A stretch of 62,617 nucleotides of DNA, the filler included, from Basidiobolus ranarum (Eukaryota): the NCBI GenBank assembly GCA_040143965.1. It is 13 parts of 13 records of this genome, joined end to end, with 100 filler letters (N's around TTAATTAATTAA, not from the genome) between each part and the next. Parts side by side here need not be neighbours in the genome. Positions count along the whole stretch, not along the records: positions 24,180 to 28,907 come from JASJQH010001848.1; positions 29,008 to 33,730 come from JASJQH010001849.1; positions 33,831 to 38,552 come from JASJQH010001850.1; positions 38,653 to 43,372 come from JASJQH010001851.1; 9 more parts are not named here. One strand, written 5' to 3'. This document shows, in pieces, positions 24,180 to 38,755 of the stretch. The notes beneath the pieces are model-generated. The model worked only from the letters and a program-made list of their open reading frames with translations. It was not told where the DNA came from and did not search any database. Each line of letters opens with the position of its first letter. Positions within the stretch are counted from its first letter, which is position 1. The translations under genes were made by a program, and so were the position numbers.

Positions 24180-25684
24180 CATCGCCCTTCCCAAAATAAT
24201 ATTATCATACAACGCATATTATCATCTTTGTTATTTGCAGTACATATTAAAATATCAAACCCTTGGTTTTATTTTTTGGAACCATCTATTTTGGAATAGC
24301 ACTTGTTGTGTACAAATATCAGTTTGCTTACGCTTATGTCAAGTGCTATGAAGCAAACGGAAGGATTTGGAAGTATATTTTTCGATACGTGAGCCATGGT
24401 CTCATTATATTTCAGCTTACAATGCTAGGCATTCTATCATTGAAGAATTCTTTTGTATCCGGTATGACACTGATACCATTGCTTGGATGTACTATCTATT
24501 TCATATATCATTGTCGAAGTACATATCGTGATCACACTAAATACGTACCCCTTGATGCTCTTTACGAACGTGAAGAGGCCATAGAAAAGATGCATTCCTG
24601 CACCTATCAAGCATCATCGCCTGATAATTCACAGCCTGTCAAGTCTAGTACCTCAGAGGGCGACGGAAAGCAAAAAGGAGTCACCTCCACATCTCTCCCA
24701 TCCGTAAGCAAATCAATCTCACCTCCAGTACCCACTGATGAAAATACCGTAGTTGCATCCAAGGAGAGCCGATTCAAAGCCACTGATTCCAGCATTCCGG
24801 GTATCTCCTTACCGAAGCGTCGTAAACACCATCCTGGCCCTTTGACAGAATGCTCTGTTGCAGGCACCTATCCCTCTTTGTCAGATGGTTCATTTAGCTA
24901 CAAGCATTTTGAGTATGATCCTAAATCCCCAGTCAAGCAAAAGTTGATCAAGATCCAACATCAAATCTTTTCTACCCCGTTGCTCTCACTTTTATGGCAG
25001 CCAACTGATGCTCATGAAAAGCTAATTGACAAGCACATTGACCCGAAGGAGGTTTTGGCTACTGCCGTACTTCCCAATAGAGAAATTTGTCAAGATGATA
25101 CTAATCCTTTCGAAACGTACCTCCATCCTGATCTAATAAGACCTTTACCTCGGTTTCTCTGGCTTCCTCAAAATCCCTTTCGTCATCTGTATGCTTTAGA
25201 TAGCGAGATGCGAGATTTAGACATGGCGATCACTTCATCCACCTTCGTACCTTCCACTTTGGGAGGTGATTCTAGTCTTGGTTTTGGTGACCGAGCTATG
25301 GCCACTACGCGACGAAATCGCCCTTCGCGCGAAGCTCACACAGCCAATAGACTTCCATTTCTTTTCAACTCCGTTCGTTCGATGGCTAGTAAATCTCTCG
25401 CTCCGCAAAGCTCGTTTGAGGTTTCTAAATTCCAGACAGATCCCTCGGAAGTATCTGGATCTACAGCTAGTGCTAGAAGTAGACCTGCCTCTGGTTTGAT
25501 GGATCTCATTCGCTCGTTCACTTCGAAGGTTACATTAGAAGAGGAAAACATGGGTGGATCACGCTCCATAAGTATGGCCGAATTCCCTGATCAATACAAC
25601 GATGGACCGTTAAGTGAATACGGCTCGAGAGTTGATGAAGAGTATTCTCCTAGAAGCTCTATTTCCAGTGGAAGGAGCGAATAA
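24180..25684 (+). CDS. C-terminal part of a CSC1/OSCA/TMEM63 (RSN1_7TM) channel, 5' truncated
   Basis: IIFVICSTY..IKPLVLFFGTIYFGIALVVYKYQFAYAY...E.NGRIW, IIFQLTMLGILSLK, YVPLD and YLHPDL..PLP.FLWLP; two in-frame TAA in the first 70 bp of the contig. Confidence 0.85.
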
Positions 25685-27444
25685 GCCATGGGTTTGAGAT
25701 TATTTCCCAATGATCTCGTGTATTTGTCTAGACAGAGGGGAAGTTTAAATATGTGTAATAAGTTCCAGTCTTGGTTTATCCCCTAAGAGATATATGTTCG
25801 GGGAGATTTCAAGAGCAGTTTTCATCACTCAAGAACAAATACTACCGAGGGTTTGATATCATTTGTGTACAATAGTTTAATTTAAAGGAACTGCCGAATA
25901 ATGATTGTAGCAAGAGACTTTCTCAAACATTAAAGAAAATTTTGGATTGTTTACCCAAATATACATATTTCTCTACATTTCCCAGTGTGGTTACATTTTA
26001 TGAGATCATCAATGTTTTGCCGCCACTGGGCCTGATGCAACATCGATTGATCAGCAGCCGATTGAACCTCCAACTGATATAAGTCTGTGTAATAGAAATA
26101 CCCGAGCGACGCTGTATTGAGATCAACATAGCACTCCCGACTAATATACGGACCAGGTATTTTGAGGATGGCATATGGTTGAGAAAGTTACCTTTAAGCA
26201 AGATTCCACAGTTTCCTAAAGTATCTAAAGTTTAGCCTAATGATGCCATATCTAAACGATCATTTACAAAGTGGTTTCCGGCAACGATGCTTCTGCACAG
26301 ATAGCAACGTAACATCATCCAAAACATGCGACGTACATTTCTAGCCTTACATTGGATGGGACACACGGTACAGGCTTCTTCCACACACTGATTCTAATGA
26401 TAATTAAACTGGGTTTCTTTCATTCGAGAGACGCTATTTCAGTATCATTCTCTAGAACCTCTTGATTTGGGTATACTGATTCGTAAGATCAAATACATGG
26501 AAGCATGTTCGACGTCACTCAGGTTTGATTGCAGGTTTTGCTTAGAAACCTAGAAATTGGTTTCAAAAATGGTCAAATCGCCCAATCTTATGGACTTTGC
26601 CCATTCCAAGCTAGTCTAGTAACAATTTGATGCCTTTGTGCTCCTGTGCAAGAGTTAACTTTAAGAGCACGTCTACTTCTTAAACTAGTCTCCAGAGTAT
26701 TTGAAGATCAAAAAAACGTACTATCTTCCAAGACTATCTCAACTAAATAACTGGATCAATTTTCTCGTAAAGTTCTCAAGTGCTGGAGCTTAGTATGAGT
26801 TTTGTCAGTATCTCTGCGTGAAAAAAGTTGCAACATAATAAATGATAATAATAGCCATATGTTCGAAATGCTCTTTAGCTCTTCACACAAACATGCTTTA
26901 CAGATGAAACGATACTCATGTTGACCAATATGTCTAGATTTTTTTCTTCCTCATTGCCATGCATTCGTTATATAAAAGAATTGCTGGATGGGTGATAATA
27001 TTGACACAAATATTAAAAATAACTAAGATAACCTGGAGGGATAAACGTAGAGGCTGCAGGTACTTTCATCCCAATAGTAGAAGGCAAGGTTCTGCGATAG
27101 ATAAAGTTACATCAAAAAGTTCATGAAACTGTGTTCTAGTTAGAAGTGCTTTGCGTGTTATATACGCACTCTTTACACCCTGTATTGAATCAAAATGGCT
27201 CTGACTCAAGTTGATCCCTCGTTGATGGGCTCTTCTCGATCACAACATTTATAAACCAATAAGTGGATCATGGAGTTTTATGGCATTATTTCAGCCGAGA
27301 TCATGTGGCAGAGGTGGCTCGAATCTAGTAATCTAGTAGATCAACACAAAAATCTTAATGTATCGGTTAGATTGTGTATAATATGCTGTCGTACTCTATT
27401 GTCGGATTAAAACTTGCCCAACTTTCGTTTGACTTTGAACTGCC

Positions 27445-28907
27445 ATGACTTCAGAGATCTCAGTCTTTACTCTCAACTGCTGGTAAGTATACGCTTTTCT
27501 CCATAACGAGAGCTTAAAATGAGGTTTAACTAAACGTCCCTTTTATTGCCATTTTTTGCAACCATTTGAATGTTTTCTATAGGGGCCTCAAGTTTGTATC
27601 GCAAAAGCGACGTCAACGCCTAGATGCTATTGCCCATTATCTAGCAGAATCTGAGTATGACATTGTAGGTCTTCAGGAAGTATGGGTGTTTGAGGATTTT
27701 GAGATGGTTCGTCGAATTGTCTCGGAAGTCTTGCCATATGCCCGGTTCTTTCATACTGGAGTTTTTGGTGCGGGTTTAGCGATTTTCTCCAAATTCCCCA
27801 TTGTAAATGGCTTTGCCCGACCTTATTCTCTTAATGGGAATCCGTTGAAAGTATTTCAAGGTGACTGGTATGTTGCTAAAGCAGTCGCGTGTTGTCACCT
27901 CTTACACCCAACGGCTGGAGTTATCGAAGTGTATAACACCCATGTAAGGATTTCTTCAGGATGTTTTCTTGTTTTATTGACTTCCCATTTTGCAAATACA
28001 AAACTCACATTTTACCCATATAAATGGTTAGTTGATCGCTCAATACAGTAGCGAGGATGAGAATTCTTATCATCGTGCTGCCCAAGGATGGGAACTCACA
28101 CGGTTGATAGCGGAGGCAGTGAGAAATGGGAATCATATCATTGCGGTTTGTTAAAGAATATTCATTTCCATATCTTTCATTAGTACTTATTCATGCTGGA
28201 TCATTTAGCTTGGGGATTATAACAGTATACCTGATAATCTGGTAATTAATATGCTAAAGACCTACGGTGGATTGACCGATTCTTGGAATCAGGTGTGTGG
28301 TGTCAAAATGCGCGGAACTTCGTACAATCCTAATTTGAGCGTAGACGACATCGTGCGCTTGAATGGGTTGACTTGTGACGTACCATCCAACACATTCACC
28401 AAACGAAAGCTCAAGCAGCAGATGTCTAACCAATTACCCGGCGAGCGTCTAGATTATATCTTCTATTCCCAAAGTCCATATCTTAAGTGTAAGGACTCTC
28501 AAGTTTGTCTAACTGAACTCGTTCCTGGACTCGGATGCTCATATTCAGATCATTTCGGAGTGACATCAAGTTTCGAGATATCCAATAAATCATCTGGTAT
28601 AGAGATCGAAAACTTCCCTCATCATGATATCGAATCAATCGAAACACCTGGGGATTCAATTAAGGATGAGAATTTGATTGAACTCTTGTTACACCTTCTT
28701 TGGGCTGGATTGAATAATTCCCATCAACGTCGTAATGGATATTACTGGAGATTTTGGATATCATTCACCGCACTGGTCATTCTCTACTTAGTGATTGTTA
28801 TCATACAACCAATCTCTTGGGTAATCGCGATATTAAACCTTGCTTTGTTTGTACTGGCTCTGTATGCATTTACCTTCTTTTTAGTCTCTATCTTGTATGC
28901 TAGTAAT
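27445..28907 (+). CDS. ISC1: Inositol phosphosphingolipid phospholipase C / neutral sphingomyelinase, 3' truncated; introns 27483-27582, 27944-28031, 28146-28208
   Basis: TLNCWGLKFVS, DIVGLQEVW, GLAIFSKFPI, GDWYVAK, YNTHL, LGDYNS, RLDYIF, SDHFGV and two C-terminal transmembrane helices. Confidence 0.93.
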
Positions 28908-30467
28908 NNNNNNNNNNNNNNNNNNNNNNNNNNNNNNNNNNNNNNNNNNNNTTAATTAATTAANNNNNNNNNNNNNNNNNNNNNNNNNNNNNNNNNNNNN
29001 NNNNNNNATGATTTTCGTGTAGGTGCATCGGTAATTTACAAACAAATGGCGATCATTTTGTTTGAGATATTAGTAGCTCTAGGCGTGTCACAAAAGGCTC
29101 ATCACCTCTATAGTACGACTACGGTGTTTATCCACTTGTGGGATCTGTAGATAGAATACCTGTATTATCAGGAAATCACCACTATTCGAAGACGACCTGG
29201 ACACATGAACCATGTAGAAGTAAACATTTTAAGGTTAGTTTTGCCTCACCAAGTCTTGCGAATAACCAACTGCTTGTCGTGGTAAACTTTTCAACGGGTG
29301 ATCAATGCCATTCTTTCGTGACTTGACTCAAGTGGTACAAGAGTATTTTTTTGGAAAAACTCTTCAGAACTGTGCTGCTACAGTGTCACTCGAGAAATCG
29401 ATGGGTTCTCTAGTGTGAGTATTGGTCATCTATTCATATTATGGCGCTTTACAAACTAAACACTTAAGAGAATTCTCTCAACTGAAGGTATTTCAATGAT
29501 GGTTTCACACGGATGGGGACTTCATCAAGGTATGAGAGGTGAAACCATGAGCACCATTTAACTCAAGAACTTGATCATGTCTGTACTCATGTACGAACTG
29601 GTTTCTCGCCGCACAGTAGCTTCTGTTGTATCATTTGTGGCCGACGAGCGTTTGGGAGAGCCACGGGTCATAAATTGAGCGTGACGTCAAAATGTTTGTT
29701 AATATCAAGCGTTAGAGTTGAGTATGGGTCACGAAATAACCTTGCTATTTCACACACAATTTGCATTTCACTCAAATTATTATATAATAGCAATCCATTT
29801 AAATCGGTGTATTACTTAAATTGTTTGGTCTCAGTGAATGAAATGCATGTATGGAATTTATCCAGTCACGGGAATCAACGATACGCGTGACAACTAATTC
29901 AATTTACTCCCTTTTATGTGGCCATGGAGAGTGGATATCAACTGGCTTCAGTGATTATGGAATAAGTCAGTATTCTACTTGTATATTAATTCTATCACCC
30001 AAAATTCTACTTGGGTTAATGGAATCTCATGTAAATTGTCGAAAGACCTTTTTGATTTGATTTATTTATCACATGTTTATCCTTTGCACCTAATTGGGGA
30101 GCAATTTGCTGAAGAGTATCATGGAGGTATCAACAACAAACCAATCACTATTCTCACTTTCTTGTTTGCTGCAGTATAGAATTGGTTGCGTTTGAGTAGA
30201 GATTATTTTTGAACATCTTTCGTTACGCCTGATAATTGTATGATTTATACAGATCTTTTTTATTGTTGTTTGTAAAGGAATATATTTCGTGAATAGATGT
30301 TGGGCCCAGATAACTCGACAAGTTAGCTTTACCCTTGTTAATTACATTAAATAAAAGACACGGCTCCCACTCACGGCGAAGCCTAACCGAAGGGAATTTT
30401 TAACGCTCTTTCAGAAAATATACAATAAATCGAGGTTATATCCAGGTAATAGGGAGTTCATTGCTTT

Positions 30468-31325
30468 TCATGGCTTTAAATTTTCCCGTAACTCCAAGTT
30501 AGTTTTGGTTTTGCTCTGGGAAGCATGACTTCTTTTACGATGCTTGATTTTTTGCGCGAATTTTATCAGTTTACTGACTCCAAATATCTCTTTTAGTGAT
30601 GGTATATCTTCTTGAATAAATTCTGTTGATGGTGGAGAATTGATTTCCTGTGGATCATTTTGGCTGACAGAGAAGAACTTCAGTTCAGCTTCGGGAACAG
30701 AAACGATTTCTACAACTGGGAGTTTAGAGGAGGTAGTGAAAGTTGCGTTGTCCCAATCTGGATCCTTAGTTTTATAGTTCGATTCTGTAGCCTCAAGTGA
30801 TTTAAGCCGAAGGTACACTTCTTGATAATTCACTATTTCTAGTGGAATATAGAGAGATCGTCTAAGGTGAAGATTATCGGACCATAGCTTATTGATTCTT
30901 TTCAATCCATCGGTGGTCACGCCGTACAATAAAGCAATCCCTGCTAGGGTATCAGTATTTTTAATACGATGAACAATCACGCGTTTTTCTAGTATATCCA
31001 GTGGCAACGATGAAGATGAGGAGAAATGAGAAGAAAGCGCGTCTTCTATCTCGGATGCAATATCATCTTGAGTCTTTTCACGTCTGATAGGCACAAAAGG
31101 AAACGAAGAGTTTAGCAATGGGTCGGTTAGGGCTTCAATAGTGTTTTGACGCCGTAATGGACGGTGTTCAGTCTTAGCAGGTGCGAAGTAACTAGGCTGG
31201 AAGGTGTTGGGTTGGAATGGTTGGTGTTCAAGTACACCTGGCTCCATAAAACCTTGGAACTCTGAGTCATTCACCAAGTCATGAGAAAAATATGATGCTG
31301 GGAGGGTTACCGCGGCGCACATCAT
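30468..31325 (-). CDS. LysM-domain protein without signal peptide (LysMD1/2-like)
   Basis: HRIKNTDTLAGIALLYGVTTDGLKRINKLWSDNLHLRRSLYIP. Confidence 0.88.
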   Translation of the reverse strand: MMCAAVTLPASYFSHDLVNDSEFQGFMEPGVLEHQPFQPNTFQPSYFAPAKTEHRPLRRQNTIEALTDPLLNSSFPFVPIRREKTQDDIASEIEDALSSHFSSSSSLPLDILEKRVIVHRIKNTDTLAGIALLYGVTTDGLKRINKLWSDNLHLRRSLYIPLEIVNYQEVYLRLKSLEATESNYKTKDPDWDNATFTTSSKLPVVEIVSVPEAELKFFSVSQNDPQEINSPPSTEFIQEDIPSLKEIFGVSKLIKFAQKIKHRKRSHASQSKTKTNLELRENLKP

Positions 31326-33623
31326 GTATATTCTTTCAGAGTTGGAAAAGTAAGGAGTGGGGCGGTCATATCATCGTGCACAACTTCGCTTTATATACCT
31401 TTGCAGAGCGCAATATGAACTATAGATGGAGTATATTGGGAGATCTGGATCTCCATAAATAGATCAATACAATAGAGTAGATCGAAACTGAATGGATTTT
31501 ATTACAACTTTGTAGTATTGTCCACAGATCTTTCCATTCGCCCCACCAGTTGAAGATGCTCAGAATAAGCTAATATATAGTGATGCTAATCTAACATGAT
31601 GAAGCTTACTGGAGAGTTTATTTTATGATTTAAAAGGATCCTCTCCCACCAACGAAAACTGAGACCAGTAAACAATATCTTACAGTGGCCGAAGCATAGA
31701 TTTGGAGGAAAACTTGCTGATCGGTATTAGCTGTTTCCTTCCCCAGACATAAAAATATGATCAATATAGCAATGTCTCTTGACCAAAAGCACAATAGAAT
31801 ACTCATTGAGAATGGCGTGCCTTTTCTTGACTAGGCCTGGATCACATGGTGAATCCAAGATTGGGAGAGTATTGGGCCAGGTATAGACCGACTACCCGAA
31901 GGCGTCGTAAGACTTGATTGAAATATTCCTCAAACCTATCAAGATTACCATATGTCGCCAATGGTTTAGATTGTGGTATGCTTTAGATCACATGTGCTGA
32001 CTCGTAGGATAGTGGAAATGCCAAAATTAACATGAAGCAACGTGTTTCAACGGATTGAAATGGGACTACTGTTTTGGGAGTTGAAGGTTCCCTGTTTGCC
32101 ACATCACAGGTATCCATCTGACAAGTGATGATGGGTTCCTGATGTTATTCAAGAATAGGTAAGGGATTTAGTAATGGCATAAGATTCACATCAACCGATA
32201 TATTTATTCAGATCTCAATGCTAGCTCATTCCCCAAAGAAGATTTACAGAAGAAACTCTAAACTATGATTAAGGTTACACGAGACTGAGACATTGTCTGA
32301 CCCGTTAAGCTTAAACTTAGTCATCGATTGTATAGATGAGTGTGCGATTCAAAGCATAAAGGTTAAACTCCAATAGAGCCAATGAAAGTCACCATGCTGC
32401 CTTCCACCAATCATCGCGGGACAATCCTAATCTCGTCAGTACAATACGTGCCCTCTTTTGGCCACTATGCACTTCTGAATCAGTTTGATTTCGTCCCTGC
32501 TTCTTAAATGACCAGCTATGAAATTCTCAGATAAGGGTCCGGCACTTCCCATGGAACCAAGTTCGGTCATATATTAATTCAATCATTCTGACTGACAAAT
32601 CGGTAACGAATCATATCTTTTGATAGAATAGGCTACGGTTGATGACTCCTTCCATTTGGTACTGACTTTATGGACTTATTCTAATTCATTCTAAATGATG
32701 CCACAAACCGTATCGCTGCAACAAACGGATATTTCCGACGATTAGATAGTATGAGTCGTTCATGTTTGACTCCTATCTGCGACTTTGTTCAAAATCCATC
32801 CATCTCAAACTCATATAGTTGCAATGATCCTTCTACTTCGTGTGTATGAAGCGTTCACCGATTCTAGCCAATTAATGCAAAGGATTCTTGGCCTGAGTGA
32901 TATACTGATCGGGTTGTTATCATTACCATGTGCAGCATGATTAACTACTGCAATACTACTTGCTGGTATAGCATCGATAAAGGTGATATCTATAAGATAA
33001 AGCAATACTCTACTAAATGGCGATAACAATCTATTATAAGCTGGTTCTTTTTTCTAATGCAATAATGTATCGTACCGACCCAAAGCAGAATCTCTATTAC
33101 TATCTCAGTAAGGATAATGACATTTGTTGTAAGTTCCCTCTGCTCCATTCAGACTTGGGATCCAGAATGATACGCCGGATCATTCGTGCTGCTCAAATTT
33201 AATAATTGATTTGATTTTGTTCAAGTTTGCCCATTATATAATTTATCATTATTGGTGTGTTTATCATAATCGCCACTCTTGTATTCAATACATAGATATT
33301 ATTTTAGTTGTAATCAATATTGGATTAATACCACATATGCATCAAGCAGTTGGAATACCAGAGTTATGCACTTAAATGAGTGGCTGTCGAAATATTCAAG
33401 CTAAACACCATTGTTTTATATATTGTTAAATATATCAATAAAAGTATTTATGAAGAAATTTTGATCTGGCCAGGAACTGAGCATGGAACTGGCTGAAATG
33501 CTGAACTCTAACATATAGATATTAATACACCTTGTTCAACATAGTTAATGAGTAGCTACTTATTACTTCCATACATATGTTTAGGATTTGTTCAGAATCT
33601 TGAAGAAAACAAAGGTGATTTTT

Positions 33624-33730
33624 TGTTGGATAATTAATCTTTATTCAACATCATAGTTAACTTTAGTTATGATACATATATCAGAAACAGAAAGCAACGT
33701 ATCTATAGCCCCTATATTCTAAATAGGAAT
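33624..33730 (+). repeat. LTR family B, truncated by the contig end
   Basis: TGTTGGATAATTAATC... is near-identical to the reverse complement of 43685-43791. Confidence 0.88.
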
Positions 33731-34809
33731 NNNNNNNNNNNNNNNNNNNNNNNNNNNNNNNNNNNNNNNNNNNNTTAATTAATTAANNNNNNNNNNNNNN
33801 NNNNNNNNNNNNNNNNNNNNNNNNNNNNNNAAATAGAGTGATTGGAGGTGTCGATGAAAATGGAAATAATTCTATTTAGCGGTAGTCTTGGTCGTCATAC
33901 TAGAGTCGCTTAAGATGTCTCAATTATTTTACTTATGACAGGTTTCATCATTAACCCGGTATTGAACTAAGTAAGAAATCTATACTAGGCGGAGCGTTAG
34001 CCGGTACGAATAGAAATATTGGGCATATGCATGGACGTATCTCTTCACATGAGTTACGGTGAGCCACAGTGACCCACCAAACTCTTCGGATCATTGTATC
34101 CAGTAAAGCTAAAAAAGTACATTGTCTAGGTTCTCGGTTACCATATAGATTTTACAATGCAGCGTTATCAATCACACTCTTAATCTTGGTGTTCCATAAG
34201 GTAACTATTAGAAAGGGTTCTTGTAGTGCGTCTAAATCTTACTCTTAGCCTAGACGTACTTGTGCAATGACTTGGATTACGACGATCTTGTACCATTGGG
34301 TTGAAGCCAACTTGTTACGTAAGCGCATCAGTAAAGTAGCCCAATCATTAGTAACGAGAGATTAGATCGAACCACTCCCAAATGTTACCAAGGATACAAT
34401 TGCCGGTTAAGCACTAGTAATGAGACGTGTTTCCAAGCTGAAAGATGTAACTTTCATTTGCAAATGCTAATCACCAATCAGCCTACTTTGGAACTAACTG
34501 TTAATTGGTAAGTTGTTCCCCAACTAGTGAGCACTCTTACTTCACATTAGCGAACACATATTTCCTGTTTTGACCAAACACTGGCCCCCAGACAGACAGT
34601 AAATCAAATTAAGTATACCAATCGACTTGTTGTTTTCCTAATACATCCTCCGCTAGCAATTTTGTTGCTTTCCATATCCGGGCTCTCTTCACTTTCATTT
34701 AGGATAGTTAAACCGAGCCAATCAATCGGCACGCTCTGACACAAATATATAAAGGATACAACGACAAGTGACGCCAATATTGAATTCGAATCCGGAGCTC
34801 TTATAACAT

Positions 34810-36234
34810 ATGTCTGAGAAATTGGGTCCTCAAGAGAAATTCGATAGCTCGGATCACTCGGTGGAGTTGAACGATAATGGTCATGAAGTAGGCCATGTCT
34901 CCAACTTCTCCACCTACTTCAATATTGTGTAAGTAATTCTTTACAAATTGCCCTCTTCAAATCGTGTTCTTACATTGTGCAACCTTCATGCTAATAGGTG
35001 TGTTATTGCTGGAACTGGTGTGCTTCAAATGGGCTATTCGTTCACTCAGAGCGGTTGGTTTGCGAGCATCATTACTGTACTATGTTGCTTGTTATGTATC
35101 TATACAGGGCACCTTATTATCCTCTGTCTTTACCACGACAAAAAAACTCGCCTAAGTGGGTATAGTGCAGTTGGTGAAGCTGCTTTCGGCAAACCAGGCT
35201 ACTATATTGTACATGGATTTACCCTTTGGTTCTACTTTGGTGTTGGATGTATTTTTATTATGTTGATCGCAACGAATTTGAAAGAATTGGTCGACTATGC
35301 TGGAGCGAGTATCAATCTGAAAGTATGGACCATAATATCCACCGCCATTATCTGTATTCCTTTCATCCTGTACAAGACTATGAAAGAAGTACATCTTCTT
35401 GCGTAAGTTGAAGAAATCTCTATAGCCCAATATTGAGTAGCCAGCTAACCATGATTTTTCATTCGGTACAGTGTCTTTGGTGCTCTATCAACCCTCTTCA
35501 CCGTTATAGTGATTGTTATTGTTGGATTATCAGATCGCAACAAGTTTTCAGAAGCCTCAGGACATGACAATACAGGCCATAAGTTTGTTATTGCTTCCGG
35601 TCTCCCTATTACATTGGCCTCTATTAGTCTGTCATTTGGAGGTAGCCCAGTCTTTCCATCTATCGAGAAAACTATGCGCAGTCCAAAGGCTTGGACCCCT
35701 GTCCTCACTCTTGCTATGCTTACCACATTGATTATGTATATGGCTGCTGGTGTTTTCAGTTACTTGTCTTATGGACAATCCACTCAATCTCCAGTTTTCA
35801 ATAGCTTTGAGATGACTGGAATTACCATCGCTGCTCGCATTGCCATCACCCTTCATATTATCTTTGCTTCACCAATCCTATTAATCACCTTCGCCCTGGA
35901 CATAGAAAAATATCTTCACATCGATCGTGAGCATATGGGCAAGTGGAAAGAATTTACATTCCGGGTGTTGCTAAGAGCCGCTTTGATGGTTATTTTCTGT
36001 CTAGTGTCGATGTTTGTTCCAGCCATTGGTGACTTCATGTCGTTGATTGGGGCGCTAATGAACACTCAAATTATCTTCGTTTTCCCAGTAGCATTCTTCC
36101 TGAAGCTATTTGGATGGAGAAATGTTGGTTGGGTTCATTTGGTGCTCTGTGCCCTCACCATGGTTGTAGGATGGTTAAGTTGTGTTATCGGTACCATTGA
36201 TTCCATCAAAAACCTAATCCACAGTCTATCCTGA
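34810..36234 (+). CDS. AAAP/Aa_trans amino-acid transporter (AVT1-like); introns 34929-34997 and 35403-35471
   Basis: YFNIVCVIAGTGVL, Y..VGEAAFG, SFGGSPVFPSIEKTMRSPK, YLSYG and FMSLIGA; multiple transmembrane segments; GT-AG introns keep the frame. Confidence 0.94.
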
Positions 36235-38223
36235 AGCCGCACAACGCTTTCTACTCAGTCAAATTTTATTAGAATTAATGGTACTAATTTCATAGCTTGC
36301 TTGTCGCTATTACAGTTTTCTTAACATGTATTAGTCATAGAGAACAAACACCATGTAGTCACACTATGCTACCAATATCTTTTAGACTGATTCACTCGTC
36401 ATATAGTATTACAACCTCATCGTATGTCGATTGGAGTAGGGCCGCTTCACCACCCATTATACCATTTCTAAGCACACCTACACCTCCTCTGTTGTATTTT
36501 TAGACTACATCACTTTCGATAAAAAATTTGACACCAACAATTGATCGAAACGCACGCCATAAACCATTTACTCGGGCCCACACAACGTTGCTTGTTTACT
36601 GTTACACCGATATCCTATAGGTTGACACGGTGGAAATTTTTCACACCTATCTGTGCAACCTATTTTGACAACTGTGAGAAACCAATCTCAAATGGATTCG
36701 TATTGACCTCAACTGATTAGATCGATAACATCCATTGCAACCATGCCTTAACTATAAAGGAGATCTTGTCAGACGATAAATACAACGTTTTCTTTCATTC
36801 TAGATGCAAATTTATAGCATGCAATAATATTCTTGGCTGAATTTCATATATCTGACACTACATATTTGGCCCAGATCTAATTTAAGATATTTCTAATATT
36901 AATGAAGATGTTACCAGTCACTTGATTGGATAAAATCGGTTGGAAAAAATATGTAATGCGTGCAATCAGAAGTCATCATAAATTTTTGACCGCCCGCCTT
37001 GGGTTAAATGAAGCAGAGAGGGCAATGAAGCATTCATGAAATAGGGTATATCGTTGCCATTAGTTCATCCATTGAGTAACCTTGAACCGATAGAATACAT
37101 AGTTGCGATCTTAGTCCCTTATTTGTGCACCGTTGACCATTGATATATTCTTTTTTGCAATGTACTGGAAATCAATTCAATTATACACTAAATCTGACCT
37201 ATAATTGCACGCCATCAGAATTGAAGTTATATAGACTGATGCGCAATGATATCTAAAATCTGTGTATATACTCTAATTGAAATCTGCATTCGTCTTCTAT
37301 TAGGAGATCCAATCTCCTTCACATAAAGTGCACCTTCCTTGTGATATATTTAGTGGAAATTCTATCCAACTAGTCTTAACATATCTATGTTCCTATTTTA
37401 TTTTCTGGACAAACTACATCCATTTATCCTTGTTGAAATCATTGCCTAACTACCTTGTAATCTTTTGTTACCTTTTGATGCTCAGATTTGCACTTTTTAA
37501 AATAAACCAGAGGGTTTTCCGAGTTGATTGAGAATACCTTAGGCATTACTTTCCTTCACAGATAATATTGATCAGCAAGTTTATATATGGATTTCATCTT
37601 CCGCTATTACGATTAGAGCATATATTATGCCGAATTACAGCGACTAAATAGGTAAAAAGGGGGCACAACAACATTGAGGAATACTCGATGAGTTCGGGTA
37701 ATTGTCTTGAAGAAATGTGGGGGAAATGACTATATTCAAGTCACATGAAAGTACAACCATCTAATTTGAGAAAACTTATCGAGAAGATCTAAATTCGATG
37801 GTTTTCATATTAGGCGGTTTCATTCCGGAATACAAGTGAAACCTCACTCGGGTTGATGGAGGGTCAAAAATAATACTCCATTAACAGCTCTTTGGTAAAA
37901 TTGGTTGATGTATTCCATGTGAGGACTAGGTGAAAGGTAAGATAATGGTATGGAGATTCTACAAGTTTGAGAGATGGGCTTTTCGCAATATCTGCCCTAA
38001 ATTTTATGTTCATATGAGTGACTTTATTAGTAATTAGAGATACATGACAAGTTTATTATATCAAGTGTTTATAAAAAGTGTATCAACCAATCTTTTGGCA
38101 TCGAAATAGTAGTATTGATGATTAAGTCTAGAAGAAACCATTTTATTTTTACAGGGAAGGGTGGCGGAAAGTGGTTTTCTTTCGGGATTGATCCGGTATA
38201 TTTTTTTACAAAAGGTCATATCA

Positions 38224-38552
38224 TTATTGGTAGAATTTCGACCAGTCTATTCTAACTTCTATATCTTGGTTAGGTTCACGAAAACCATAGTGTATCTGGT
38301 ATGGGTCAAAGATTTCACTTTCGTCTTCCAAGTCTGTGTCATCTTCCAAAGGAATTTCTTGCCCCGAATAAATTAAATACTCTGAGTATTCGTGATAGTA
38401 TGAGAAATCCCTATCAAATTCATCTTTACATGTCTCGTGGCCACACCCTTTCTGCAAGAAATCTAAACTGTGCTTTGGTGCCATGGAATCGGAAGTAATT
38501 CGTGTAGCGACGTTCGGGACGCCCCCACCAATATTCATTTTGGATTGTCGAT
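38224..38552 (-). CDS. Acidic hypothetical protein, possible last exon of a truncated gene
   Basis: Open frame from the contig end for more than 100 codons; no recognised motif. Confidence 0.4.
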
Positions 38553-38652
38553 NNNNNNNNNNNNNNNNNNNNNNNNNNNNNNNNNNNNNNNNNNNNTTAA
38601 TTAATTAANNNNNNNNNNNNNNNNNNNNNNNNNNNNNNNNNNNNNNNNNNNN

Positions 38653-38755
38653 ATTTAAGCAATAAATACACAATTTTTGGAATGGAGAGCTAATTAATCA
38701 GAATATGAGTTAACTAACTACTAAACAATGAGTTGCTATTTACCTAATTTCAACA
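38653..38755 (-). repeat. Copia LTR family A, partial
   Basis: Reverse complement begins TGTTGAAATTAGGTAAATAGCAACTCATT, as at 21257. Confidence 0.85.
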
